Part shown: in pieces, positions 51,001 through 59,956 of the stretch | How positions within the stretch are numbered: position 1 is the first letter of the stretch | Layout of the letters: every line of letters begins with the position of its first letter | Source of the DNA: an uncultured Clostridia bacterium | GTDB lineage: Bacteria > Bacillota > Clostridia > TANB77 > CAG-508 | Assembly (NCBI GenBank): GCA_934169725.1 | Contig: CAKPOF010000003.1 | Span: 48,460-112,459 of the forward strand | DNA: 64,000 nucleotides | Direction: 5' to 3' | Program-made: the position numbers and the translations under genes | Notes under the pieces: model-generated | The model's input: the letters and a program-made list of their open reading frames with translations, nothing else | Told to the model about the DNA's origin: nothing | Database searches by the model: none

Positions 51001-51811
51001 TAATATAGGGGCATCTGGTGATGGATATGAGACAATAAAAGCTAATGCATTAGTAACAGCTAAGAGATATGGATGGGATACAATGCAAAAAGCGATAGAA
51101 GGTGGAATTTCATTTTGTAAAAGATATTATTTAGAAAATTATCAAAATACGCTATATTTAAATAAATTTAATATAGATTCAAGAAGTAGCAATGCATTAT
51201 ATACTCACCAATATATGCAGAATTTAATGGCAGCTTCTAGTGAATCATTAACATTAAGAAGTATGTATGTAAATACAGATAAAACAGAATCAGAATTTAC
51301 ATTTATAATACCTGTATATGAAAACATGAGTCAAACAATATCAGAAAGACCACAAAATAGTCAAGAATCAAATATAATAAACGTTAAAATTACGGCAAAT
51401 GGTGGATTGAATTTAAGAACAGATGCAAGTGAAAATTCAAGTGTAATAAAAACAATAGGAACAGGAGAAGTAGTGTTATCAATCCAAAGAGGAATAAACT
51501 CAAATTGGCAAAAAATAGTATTATCAGATGGAACTGTTGGATATATGTCAGGAACATATTTGCAACAAGTAAGTGATGTTACAAATTGTAATTATACTGC
51601 ATATGTAAAAACTGCAGATGGAATAGGTTGCAAAATAAGGTTAGGACCTGGAATAGAACTGGATTTAATAACAGCATTACCAGATGGAACAAATGTAACA
51701 GTTATAGATGATTCAACGTACAAGAATATAGATGGATATAATTGGGCAAGAATTATATTAAGTGATGGAAGACAGGCATTTATACCATTAAATTTTTTAA
51801 GGAGAAGATAA
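48002..51811 (+). CDS. Secreted cell-wall hydrolase: signal peptide, about 14 ChW repeats, a GH73 glucosaminidase domain and two C-terminal SH3b domains.
   Basis: There are many ~45-aa repeats of the form HVQDIGWQDWKQDGELAGTTNQSKRLEAIKIRL (ChW). The GH73-like region is IITRLLQEQG...YYNPFNIGASGDG. Two SH3b-like C-terminal modules follow. GTG at 47993 is the alternative start. Confidence 0.8.
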   Translation: MKNIKKIMIILILMTISILGIVGNSLGEDAKTVKPTVSYRTHVQDIGWQNYVEEGNTAGTEGKSARLEGIDIKLEKNNRNIGIKYQVHIQDIGWQDWKQDGELAGTTNQSKRLEAIKIRLENTEEYSIMYRVHVQDIGWQDWKQDGELAGTTNQSKRLEAIQIKIVEKQKVAKIYIDTPVNGNTYYGVEMSTLTVSGWKMSNDTNATMKAYIDGNAVDANTISYSEREDVINTISGYGTKEQNPTPGFKFDIDISKMTNGNHIIKIEVYSGGNLLAQSILDFNVDNSGIHVEYQSHVQDIGWQDWKKDGELAGTTNKSKRVEAIKIKMKGVSNDIHIKYQAHVQDIGWQDWKKDGELAGTTGQDKRIEAIRMSLENTEEYSIMYRVYVQDIGWQEWKKDGELAGTTGQDKRIEAIEIKIQERQKAAKLYIDTPINESTHYGIEEKSLNVSGWKMANVSNTSLKAYIDGNAIDTNSISYVERADVINGVEGYGTEKENPKPGFAFNIDISKMTAGKHILKIEAYSNMTLLAENTINFNIDNNIHIEYQAHIQDIGWQEWKQEGDLAGTTGQDKRIEAVKFKIINASNQMHVKYRAHIQDIGWQEWKQDEELAGTTGQDKRIEAIQIKLEGIEGYVIEYRSHVQNIGWQQWASDEMISGTVKQKLRIEAINTRIVKSTETMVPQIKYANYTTQNNWTSYVSNGQISGNDSSGINIEALKIALSKVSGDAKVEYKAHVQNIGWQDYVSNDTQAGVTGQNNAIEAIKIKLENLPGYSVEYRVYVNGKGWQDWVRDGVTSGTVGESKQIGAIQIRINIDAYPHNKSDYDNINVSKYPGYKELLDNLQDKHPTWSFKLLYTGLDFNTAVRSEYSVHNKNLVPSNYSGEWVCSVCGTKQYDSGWYGASEKAIAYYMDVRNFLKEENVYQFLELNEYPSDSVSISGIQSKVNGTFLQNYATAVNNACVNTNVNPYYIITRLLQEQGNKGTEIGTGMDGKDGKIYYNPFNIGASGDGYETIKANALVTAKRYGWDTMQKAIEGGISFCKRYYLENYQNTLYLNKFNIDSRSSNALYTHQYMQNLMAASSESLTLRSMYVNTDKTESEFTFIIPVYENMSQTISERPQNSQESNIINVKITANGGLNLRTDASENSSVIKTIGTGEVVLSIQRGINSNWQKIVLSDGTVGYMSGTYLQQVSDVTNCNYTAYVKTADGIGCKIRLGPGIELDLITALPDGTNVTVIDDSTYKNIDGYNWARIILSDGRQAFIPLNFLRRR

Positions 51812-51823
51812 AAGAAAAATAAT

Positions 51824-52678
51824 ATGGAAAAAATAGTGAAATTTGTAAATATCATGTTGATTATGACTTTAGTTATTTGGATTTGTACAACAAATGTGTT
51901 TGCAGATCCAAATAGCAGTAAAGGATTTCTATTGTATAGCGAAGAAGAACAACAACAAGAAAAAGAGGAATTAGAAAAGGCGAAAGAACAAGAAAATAAC
52001 AATACACAAACAACAATAAAATCAACTGATAATTATCTGAAAAAATTAGAGGTTGAGGGATATATTCTAACACCTGAATTTGACAAGCAAACGATAAATT
52101 ATGAAATAACTGAAAGAGTAAAAGATGATTTTTTAGAAATAAAAGCTGAGACTGATGATGAAAAAGCTTGCATATCTGGAATTGGTAAGGTAATGTTAAA
52201 TTCAGGAGAAAATAATTTAAAAATAGAAGTAACTGCTGAAAGCGGAACAGTGAGAACATATTTTATAAAAGTAGTAAAAGAAACAAAAGAGAATTTGAGA
52301 TTAACTGATATTATTTTAAAAGCAAATGAAAATAAAATAGATTTGGATTCTGATTTTAATAGTGAAAAATTTGAATATTATTGTAATGTATCAAACGATA
52401 TTTCAAAGATAGATATAGATGCAATGCCAAATGTTGAAAATGCCCAAATAGAGATTAATGGAAATGATGGATTGCAAGAAGGGATGAACCAGATTTTTAT
52501 TTCTGTATCAACAGATGAAGGTGAAAAAACAACATATAAAATTAATGTGTATAAAGAAATAAAGCAAACAAAAAGTCAGAAAAATGAATATAAAAATATA
52601 ATGATTTTATTGATTTGTATTGTAATAATAATTTTGGTAAATATAGGTATAAAGAAACGAAAAAAGAAAAATAAATAA
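51824..52678 (+). CDS. Membrane-anchored protein with two cadherin-like beta-sandwich domains.
   Basis: Signal peptide. LKKLEVEGYILTPEFDKQTINYEI...NNLKIEVTAESGTVRTYFIKV is the cadherin-like beta-sandwich motif, present twice. C-terminal TM and a KKRKKKNK tail. Confidence 0.55.
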   Translation: MEKIVKFVNIMLIMTLVIWICTTNVFADPNSSKGFLLYSEEEQQQEKEELEKAKEQENNNTQTTIKSTDNYLKKLEVEGYILTPEFDKQTINYEITERVKDDFLEIKAETDDEKACISGIGKVMLNSGENNLKIEVTAESGTVRTYFIKVVKETKENLRLTDIILKANENKIDLDSDFNSEKFEYYCNVSNDISKIDIDAMPNVENAQIEINGNDGLQEGMNQIFISVSTDEGEKTTYKINVYKEIKQTKSQKNEYKNIMILLICIVIIILVNIGIKKRKKKNK

Positions 52679-52702
52679 GAAAATATTTAAGGGGATAATA
52701 AA

Positions 52703-55039
52703 ATGAGAATAAAAAAATGTATAGGAATGTTTAGTGTTTTTATGGTATTTATATTATATTTTCATTTAATTTCAACAGCGAATGAATTTATAGTAGAAGA
52801 TAATAAAGTAGAAATTGGTTATTCTACACATATACAAGACTATGGATGGGAACCAGAACTTTCTAAAATGAATGGAGAAACGTCAGGAACAGAGGGAAAA
52901 GCTAAAAGACTTGAAGCAATAAGGATTGATGCTAAAAATATATCTGAAAAAGCAAAAATAAAGTATCAAGTTCATATACAAGATATAGGTTGGCAAGAGT
53001 GGAAAGAAAATGGACAAATAGCAGGAACAGAAGGCAAAGCTAAAAGACTTGAAGCAATAAAAATAAAGTTAGAAAATGAAGAAAAATATTCCGTGAAATA
53101 TAGAGTACATGTACAAGATATAGGATGGCAAAATTGGAAACAAGATGGTGCAATGGCAGGAACAGAGGGACAATCTAAAAGACTTGAAGCAATTCAAATA
53201 ATTATAGTAGATAGAGAAACAAATGCAAGTTTAGTTATAGAAAAAGGTATAGAAGATAAAAGTTACTATAAAGAAATACCAATATCAGGATATAAGACTT
53301 CAAATATGAAAGATACAAATTTAAAAGTTATGATTGATGACAAAGATTTTACAGAGGATTTAAATATCAATTTTTCGAGAAGAAATGATATTATAAATAA
53401 AATAGATTGTGGTGGAGAAGAAGAAAATCAAAATCCAGGATTTAAATTTAATATAAATGCCAAAATATTAGATGAAGGAAAACATATTTTAAAAATAATT
53501 GTATATGATAAAAATTATGAAAAAGAATTAACATCATATACTAAAGAATTTATAGTTGATAAAAATATACATATAGAGTATAAATCACATATTCAGAACG
53601 TAGGATGGCAAAATGAAGTAAATGATGGTGATGTATCCGGAACAATGAAAAAGGGACTTAGATTAGAAGCAATAAATTTAAATGGGATTAATTTGCCCGA
53701 TGGTATTACTTTAAGATATAAAGTGCATGTGCAAGATATAGGCTGGCAAGATTGGGTGAATGATGGAGAAATAGCAGGAACAGAGGGACAAAATAAAAGA
53801 TTAGAAGCAATAAAAGTAGAATTGGAAAATAGTGAAAAATATTCTGTAAAATATAGAGTACATGTACAAGATATAGGATGGCAGGATTGGGTAAATGATG
53901 GAGAAACAGCAGGAACAGAGGAGCAAGCTAAGAGATTAGAAGCAATTCAAATTCAAATAGTGGACAAGATAAGAACTAAAAAAACAATGATATGTTTGGA
54001 TGATATGGGACAAGTAACAAATGAGGTACATCAGCTTTCGGGATGGATTATGACAAACGAAAAAAATACTAAAATAAAATTATTTATAGACAATGAAGAA
54101 ATAAATAATCAATTGACTAGAAAAAGAGATCAAGGTGTTTATAATCAGATTAAAGGTTATGGAGGAGAAGAATTGAATCCTGAACCAAGATTTATAACAA
54201 ATATTGATTTTTCTAAATATTCTCTTGGAAATCATATAATAAAAATGCAAGCTATTTCTGAAGATGGAAATATAATTAAAGAAACTAGTATAAACATAAA
54301 TGTAGTGAAAAAAATTGAAAGTTATAAAGGACAATATGGAATTACAGGATTAGGTGATAATTTAGAATATTTTAGATATGGAAATGGGCCAAATGTATTT
54401 TTTGCAACATTTTGTGTACATGGGTTTGAAGATAATTGGTCTAGAGATGGATATGCATTGGTAGATATAGCACATCAATTTTACAATAGATTAAATGCAA
54501 TTAATGATTATTCAATAGCTGACAAATGGACAATATATATAATGCAATGTGTAAATCCAGATGGAGTAAATCAAGGGAATACAAATTATGGACCAGGAAG
54601 AACTACATTAAGAAGTGATGTGGGACATGGAATAGATTTAAATCGCTGTTGGTCAACTGCATTTGTACCAAATTATTCAAGCAGAAATTATACAGGTTCG
54701 CAACCATTTTTAGCAAAAGAAGCTAGATATTTGAGAGATTTTATGCTTTCACATAAATCCAATAATGGACAAAATGTAGTAGTTGATTTACATGGTTGGA
54801 CTCAGCAATTAATAGGAGACCCAACCTTAAGAAACTATTATAGAACGCAATTCTCTGAAAATACAGATACTGCAACATATGGAAAAGGATATTTAATAAA
54901 TTGGGCAAGAGCGAATATAGGAGCTAAAGCAGCTCTAATAGAATTACCACGCAATAATTATTCAAATACAGATGTAATAAACAATAATATAGCAAATAGA
55001 TATATAGAAGCTACACTTTCTATGTTAAGGGGAATATAA
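52703..55039 (+). CDS. Secreted ChW-repeat protein with a C-terminal M14 zinc carboxypeptidase domain (cell-wall peptidase).
   Basis: About 8 ChW repeats. M14 motifs CVHGFEDN (HxxE), CVNPDG and VVVDLHGW. Confidence 0.7.
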   Translation: MRIKKCIGMFSVFMVFILYFHLISTANEFIVEDNKVEIGYSTHIQDYGWEPELSKMNGETSGTEGKAKRLEAIRIDAKNISEKAKIKYQVHIQDIGWQEWKENGQIAGTEGKAKRLEAIKIKLENEEKYSVKYRVHVQDIGWQNWKQDGAMAGTEGQSKRLEAIQIIIVDRETNASLVIEKGIEDKSYYKEIPISGYKTSNMKDTNLKVMIDDKDFTEDLNINFSRRNDIINKIDCGGEEENQNPGFKFNINAKILDEGKHILKIIVYDKNYEKELTSYTKEFIVDKNIHIEYKSHIQNVGWQNEVNDGDVSGTMKKGLRLEAINLNGINLPDGITLRYKVHVQDIGWQDWVNDGEIAGTEGQNKRLEAIKVELENSEKYSVKYRVHVQDIGWQDWVNDGETAGTEEQAKRLEAIQIQIVDKIRTKKTMICLDDMGQVTNEVHQLSGWIMTNEKNTKIKLFIDNEEINNQLTRKRDQGVYNQIKGYGGEELNPEPRFITNIDFSKYSLGNHIIKMQAISEDGNIIKETSININVVKKIESYKGQYGITGLGDNLEYFRYGNGPNVFFATFCVHGFEDNWSRDGYALVDIAHQFYNRLNAINDYSIADKWTIYIMQCVNPDGVNQGNTNYGPGRTTLRSDVGHGIDLNRCWSTAFVPNYSSRNYTGSQPFLAKEARYLRDFMLSHKSNNGQNVVVDLHGWTQQLIGDPTLRNYYRTQFSENTDTATYGKGYLINWARANIGAKAALIELPRNNYSNTDVINNNIANRYIEATLSMLRGI

Positions 55040-55040
55040 A

Positions 55041-55799
55041 ATGAAAAAGAGAAAACTAGTAATAACAATTGCTATAATATTTATAATAATATCAATATTC
55101 TGTATTGCTAGATATATTATAGTAAATAACAAAAATGAAATACAAAATAAAGAAAATAATCAAACAGAAAACTGGGATAACCAATACTCAGAAGTAGATA
55201 AGAATGATATAAACTATAATAATACAGATGATGTAGAAAAGCTAAAAGAACAAATGGGGCTAACAGCACCTAGTGATATATATGAAATATCAGAAGAATT
55301 TGATGGAAGAAAAACATTAAATGTAAAAGCAGAAATTTTATATAAAACGGCTTTTGTAGGAATAGTAAATCAAGAAAAACCGGAAATGGAAAATTTAGAT
55401 AAGGTATTTGAAACAAAGTATCCAACTAGAAGTGGAATATGGATAAGCGAAAGAGCAAAAGAAAAAATAGTAAAAATATTAAATGAAAATTTGCAAACAA
55501 AATATAGTGTAGATACAGATGGATATTTAAATATAGCAGATAACTCTAAACAAAATGAAAAAGACAAAAAAATAGAACAAATAATAAAATCAAATAAAAA
55601 GATAATATTAGATATTTGTGATTTTGATTATGAAGTAGATAATGTAAGTGGAGAAATAGTAGAATATCCATTTTCTCAACTTGGTGATACTATAGATATA
55701 GTAAACAATAATGAAGATAAAATACTAGTGATATCTGAAAGTAAAATGGAAAATGTTAGTAACAATGATATAATAGAAAATTTAATAGATAATATATAG
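55041..55799 (+). CDS. Hypothetical N-terminally anchored protein (252 aa).
   Basis: ORF with an N-terminal TM and an acidic, Asn-rich extracellular part. No known domain. It is followed by a 9-bp-arm palindrome at 55803-55826 and a terminator at 55842-55870. Confidence 0.35.
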   Translation: MKKRKLVITIAIIFIIISIFCIARYIIVNNKNEIQNKENNQTENWDNQYSEVDKNDINYNNTDDVEKLKEQMGLTAPSDIYEISEEFDGRKTLNVKAEILYKTAFVGIVNQEKPEMENLDKVFETKYPTRSGIWISERAKEKIVKILNENLQTKYSVDTDGYLNIADNSKQNEKDKKIEQIIKSNKKIILDICDFDYEVDNVSGEIVEYPFSQLGDTIDIVNNNEDKILVISESKMENVSNNDIIENLIDNI

Positions 55800-55921
55800 T
55801 AACGTTATAATTGTAACATTATAACGAAATCATTATAGAAAAAAGTACAAGAAACCCTTGTACTTTTTTCTATTAAATGATATTATATTAGCGTAAAAAC
55901 AAATAAAAAGGAAGTGTTGAA

Positions 55922-56788
55922 ATGAAAATACTAATAGCAGGTGCAAATGGAATGTTAGCAAAAGAAGTAAAGGAAAAATTTGCACAAGGAAATGAATTAG
56001 TTTTAACAGATGTAACAGAACTAGATATAACAAACAAAGAAATGGTAATGGATGTAGTAAAAAGAGAAAAACCAGACTGTATTATAAATTGTGCTGCATT
56101 TACAGCAGTTGACAAAGCAGAAGTAGCAGGAGAGATTGTTGAAAAAATAAATGCAGATGGACCAGGAAATCTTGCTGTTGCAGCAAAAGAAAATGATGCA
56201 ATATTAGTTCATGTAAGTACAGATTATGTTTTTGGTGGAGATTTAGATATAGAAAAAGACTATAAAGAAGATGATAGTAAAAATCCTGTTACAGCTTATG
56301 GAATAACAAAATTACATGGAGAAGAACAAATACAAGCAAATACGGATAAATATTATATATTTAGAACAGCATGGTTATATGGGATTGGTGGAAACAATTT
56401 TGTAAAAACAATGTTGAAATTAGGAGAAGCAAAAGATGAATTAAATGTTGTTGCAGATCAACATGGAAGTCCAACATATGCAAAAGATTTAGCTGAAATA
56501 ATATATCAAGCTGTAACAAACAAAATACCATATGGTGTATATAATTCTACAAATGAGGGGTATACAACATGGTATGATTTTACAAAAACAATATTTGAAT
56601 ATACAGGAATAGAATGTAAAGTCAATCCAGTAACAACAGAAAAATATATAGAAATGATGGGAGTAACACAAGCTAAAAGACCAAAAAATTCTCAAATGTC
56701 AAAAGAAAAATTAAAATCAGTAGGAATAAATGTACCAAATTGGGAAGATGGATTAAAAAGATACTTAAAAGAAGAAGGAAGAATTTAA
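55922..56788 (+). CDS. rfbD: dTDP-4-dehydrorhamnose reductase.
   Basis: MKILIAGANGMLAKEV and the RmlD substrate-binding pattern, 288 aa. Confidence 0.85.
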   Translation: MKILIAGANGMLAKEVKEKFAQGNELVLTDVTELDITNKEMVMDVVKREKPDCIINCAAFTAVDKAEVAGEIVEKINADGPGNLAVAAKENDAILVHVSTDYVFGGDLDIEKDYKEDDSKNPVTAYGITKLHGEEQIQANTDKYYIFRTAWLYGIGGNNFVKTMLKLGEAKDELNVVADQHGSPTYAKDLAEIIYQAVTNKIPYGVYNSTNEGYTTWYDFTKTIFEYTGIECKVNPVTTEKYIEMMGVTQAKRPKNSQMSKEKLKSVGINVPNWEDGLKRYLKEEGRI

Positions 56789-56831
56789 GAAGAATTTTTA
56801 CATTAAATAAAAAAGAAAGGATGATTTTATA

Positions 56832-57722
56832 ATGAAAAACAGAAAAGGAATCATATTAGCAGGAGGAAGTGGAACAAGACTATATCCATTAACAATAGCT
56901 ATATCAAAACAAATTATGCCAGTATATGACAAACCAATGATATATTATCCAATATCAGTATTAATGGAAGCTGGAGTAAGAGAAGTATTAGTAATCTCAA
57001 CACCAAGAGATGTAGTAACATTTAAAGAACTATTAGGAGATGGTTCACAATGGGGAATGCACTTTGAATACAAAGTACAAGAAAAACCAAATGGACTAGC
57101 AGAAGCATTTATAATAGGTGAAGAATTTATAGGTGATGACAATGTTGTAATGATATTAGGGGACAACATGTTCTATGGATCACACTTACCAGAAATATTA
57201 AGAAGAGCAAATGAAAGAGAAGATGAATCAACAATATTCGGATACTATGTAAAAGATCCAAGAAGATATGGAGTTGTTGAAATAAATAGCGAAGGAAAAG
57301 CTGTTTCAATAGAAGAAAAACCAGAAGAACCAAAATCAAACTATGCAGTTCCAGGATTATACTTCTATACAAATGATGTTATAGAAATAGCAAAAACAAT
57401 CAAACCATCTGCAAGAGGAGAACTAGAAATAACATCAATAAATGATGAATACATGAAAATGGGAAAATTAACAGTAGAAAAATTAGGAAGAGGAATGACA
57501 TGGTTCGATACAGGAACACATGATGCCTTAATAGAAACAGCAAGCTTTGTACAGACAATAGAAAAAAGACAAGGAATGCAAGTTTGTTGTCCAGAAGAAA
57601 TAGCATACAAACAAGGATGGATAACATCAGAAGAATTAATAGAACTATCTAAAAAATACATGAAAACAGAATATGGAGTATATCTAAAAGACTTAGCAGA
57701 AAACAAATATGGACAAGAATAA
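56832..57722 (+). CDS. rfbA: Glucose-1-phosphate thymidylyltransferase.
   Basis: KGIILAGGSGTRLYPLT... Confidence 0.9.
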   Translation: MKNRKGIILAGGSGTRLYPLTIAISKQIMPVYDKPMIYYPISVLMEAGVREVLVISTPRDVVTFKELLGDGSQWGMHFEYKVQEKPNGLAEAFIIGEEFIGDDNVVMILGDNMFYGSHLPEILRRANEREDESTIFGYYVKDPRRYGVVEINSEGKAVSIEEKPEEPKSNYAVPGLYFYTNDVIEIAKTIKPSARGELEITSINDEYMKMGKLTVEKLGRGMTWFDTGTHDALIETASFVQTIEKRQGMQVCCPEEIAYKQGWITSEELIELSKKYMKTEYGVYLKDLAENKYGQE

Positions 57723-57763
57723 AATAGACTTTTAGCAAAATATTAGAAAGGAATGAATTTAAA

Positions 57764-58342
57764 ATGGGTAAATTCAAAAAAATAGAAACATCAATTGAAG
57801 GTGTATATGTAATAGAACCAACAGTATTTGGAGATAACCGTGGATATTTTATGGAAACATATAGCAAAAAAGATTTTGAAGAATTAGGATTAAACTATGA
57901 CTTTGTGCAAGACAATCAATCAAAATCTAAAAAAGGAGTATTACGTGGATTACATTTCCAAAAAGAAAATACTCAAAGCAAATTAGTAAGATGTATAAAA
58001 GGTGAAGTTTTTGATGTAGCAGTAGACCTAAGACCAGGTAGCAAAACATATGGAAAATGGGAAGGTGTAGTTTTAACAGAAGAAAATAAAAAAATGTTTA
58101 TGATACCAAAAGGTTTTGCACATGGATTTTTAGTATTGTCAGAAGAAGCAGAATTTGCTTATAAATGTGATGATGTTTATAATCATGAGGCAGAAGGTGG
58201 ATTACAATGGGATGATCCAGATGTAGGAATAGAATGGCCTATGGGAGACTTAAAAAAAGAAGATTTATTAACATCTGAAAAAGATGCTAAATGGCCTTCT
58301 TTGAAAAAATTAAAAGAAACAGATTTATTTAGTAATTTATAA
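57764..58342 (+). CDS. rfbC: dTDP-4-dehydrorhamnose 3,5-epimerase.
   Basis: IEGVYVIEPTVFGDNRGYFMETY...GLHFQ... Confidence 0.85.
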   Translation: MGKFKKIETSIEGVYVIEPTVFGDNRGYFMETYSKKDFEELGLNYDFVQDNQSKSKKGVLRGLHFQKENTQSKLVRCIKGEVFDVAVDLRPGSKTYGKWEGVVLTEENKKMFMIPKGFAHGFLVLSEEAEFAYKCDDVYNHEAEGGLQWDDPDVGIEWPMGDLKKEDLLTSEKDAKWPSLKKLKETDLFSNL

Positions 58343-58435
58343 TGTTAATTATTGTTTGAGTACGTATGCGACAGTACAAAAATAATATGTAAACACAAAA
58401 TATACAAAAAATATAAAAAGAAAGAGGTATAAAAA

Positions 58436-59404
58436 ATGAGCAAAAATATATTAGTTACAGGAGCAGCAGGATTTATAGGAGCAAATTTTGCAGAATATTT
58501 TGTAAATAAACATCCAGATTATAATGTTGTAGTATTAGACAAATTAACATATGCTGGTAATTTAGATAATTTAAAAAAAGTAATGGATAAAATAACATTT
58601 GTACAAGGAGATATTTGCGATTTTGATTTTGTATTAGATGTATTTAAAAAATATGATATAAATGGAGTAATTCATTTCGCAGCTGAATCACATGTTGATA
58701 ATAGTATAAAAAATCCATTTGTATTTACACATACAAATGTAATAGGTACACATACATTATTAGAAGCAGCAAAACAAATTTGGGGAGAAGGAAGTTCAAA
58801 TAAATTTGTACATATTTCAACAGATGAAGTTTATGGTTCACTTAAAGAAGATGGGTATTTTACAGAAAAATCACCAATAAAGCCAAGTAGTCCATATTCT
58901 GCTTCAAAAGCAAGTTCTGATTTAATAGCTCTTGCTTATAAAGAAACATATAAAATGAATGTAAATGTTACAAACTGTTCAAATAATTATGGACCATATC
59001 AACACAATGAAAAATTAATACCACATATGATTAAATTAGCTTTAAATGATGAAAAATTACCTGTTTATGGTGAAGGTTTAAACATTAGAGATTGGTTATA
59101 TGTAGAAGACCATTGTGAAGCTATAGATTTAGTATTCCATAAAGGTATTTCTGGTGAAAGATATAATATTGGGGGACATAATGAAAGAAGAAATATACAA
59201 ATAGTAAAACTAATTTTACAAAGATTAGGAAAATCTGAAGATTTAATTGAACATGTAGCTGATAGAAAAGGTCATGATTATAGATATGCAATTGATCCAA
59301 CAAAAATAAAAAATGAATTAGGATGGGAACCAAAAACTAAGTTTGAAGATGGAATAATAAAAACAATAGATTGGTATTTAGCAAATCCTGATTGGTTAAA
59401 ATAA
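58436..59404 (+). CDS. rfbB: dTDP-glucose 4,6-dehydratase.
   Basis: ILVTGAAGFIGANF...YSASKASSD (YxxxK). Confidence 0.85.
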   Translation: MSKNILVTGAAGFIGANFAEYFVNKHPDYNVVVLDKLTYAGNLDNLKKVMDKITFVQGDICDFDFVLDVFKKYDINGVIHFAAESHVDNSIKNPFVFTHTNVIGTHTLLEAAKQIWGEGSSNKFVHISTDEVYGSLKEDGYFTEKSPIKPSSPYSASKASSDLIALAYKETYKMNVNVTNCSNNYGPYQHNEKLIPHMIKLALNDEKLPVYGEGLNIRDWLYVEDHCEAIDLVFHKGISGERYNIGGHNERRNIQIVKLILQRLGKSEDLIEHVADRKGHDYRYAIDPTKIKNELGWEPKTKFEDGIIKTIDWYLANPDWLK

Positions 59405-59437
59405 TAAAGTGTATTATATAAAATGAAATTTAGTTAA

Positions 59438-59474
59438 AGAGTGATAATATAAATTCTTTTATATTATCACTTTA
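59438..59474 (+). terminator. Rho-independent terminator after rfbB.
   Basis: agtgataatataaa-ttctt-ttatattatcact followed by ttaaaaa. Confidence 0.5.
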
Positions 59475-59513
59475 AAAATATAAGTACTATAGATTTTTAT
59501 ATTAGGAGATATT

Positions 59514-59939
59514 ATGGAAAAAATAAAAAAAATATTACAGAAGATATTAACCAAAGAAGTAATTTTATATATTGCATTTGGAGTGTTTACAACAATAGTG
59601 AATCTAGGTTCATTTTTTGTAATGAACACATTATTACATATGAACGAAAATTTATCTAATTTTATAGCTATAATACTTGCGGTATTGTTTGCATATATAA
59701 CTAACAAAGACTTAGTATTTCATTCTAAAGCTGAAAGTGCAAAAGAAAAAATAATGGAATTTTTAAAATTCATGCTTGGAAGGGCATTTACAATGGTGCT
59801 AGAATTTGTTGGTGGCTTAATATTATTTAAAACAGTAATACCCGCGATAATTAGTAAATGCTTTATAACAGTCATTGTTATTATATTAAATTTCTTTATT
59901 AGTAAATTTTTTGCATTTAAAACAAAAAATAAAGAGTAG
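59514..59939 (+). CDS. gtrA: GtrA-family small membrane protein (flippase-associated).
   Basis: 141 aa, 4 TM segments, paired with the GtrB-like GT2 downstream. Confidence 0.7.
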   Translation: MEKIKKILQKILTKEVILYIAFGVFTTIVNLGSFFVMNTLLHMNENLSNFIAIILAVLFAYITNKDLVFHSKAESAKEKIMEFLKFMLGRAFTMVLEFVGGLILFKTVIPAIISKCFITVIVIILNFFISKFFAFKTKNKE

Positions 59940-59956
59940 AAAGGAAGTAGTAGAAG

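Noticed and set aside
55803-55826. Perfect 9-bp-arm palindrome CGTTATAAT-tgtaac-ATTATAACG after the 55041-55799 gene.
   Set aside because: It could be an operator, but it sits right at a gene end next to a canonical terminator and is AT-rich. Evidence is insufficient to call it a regulatory site.
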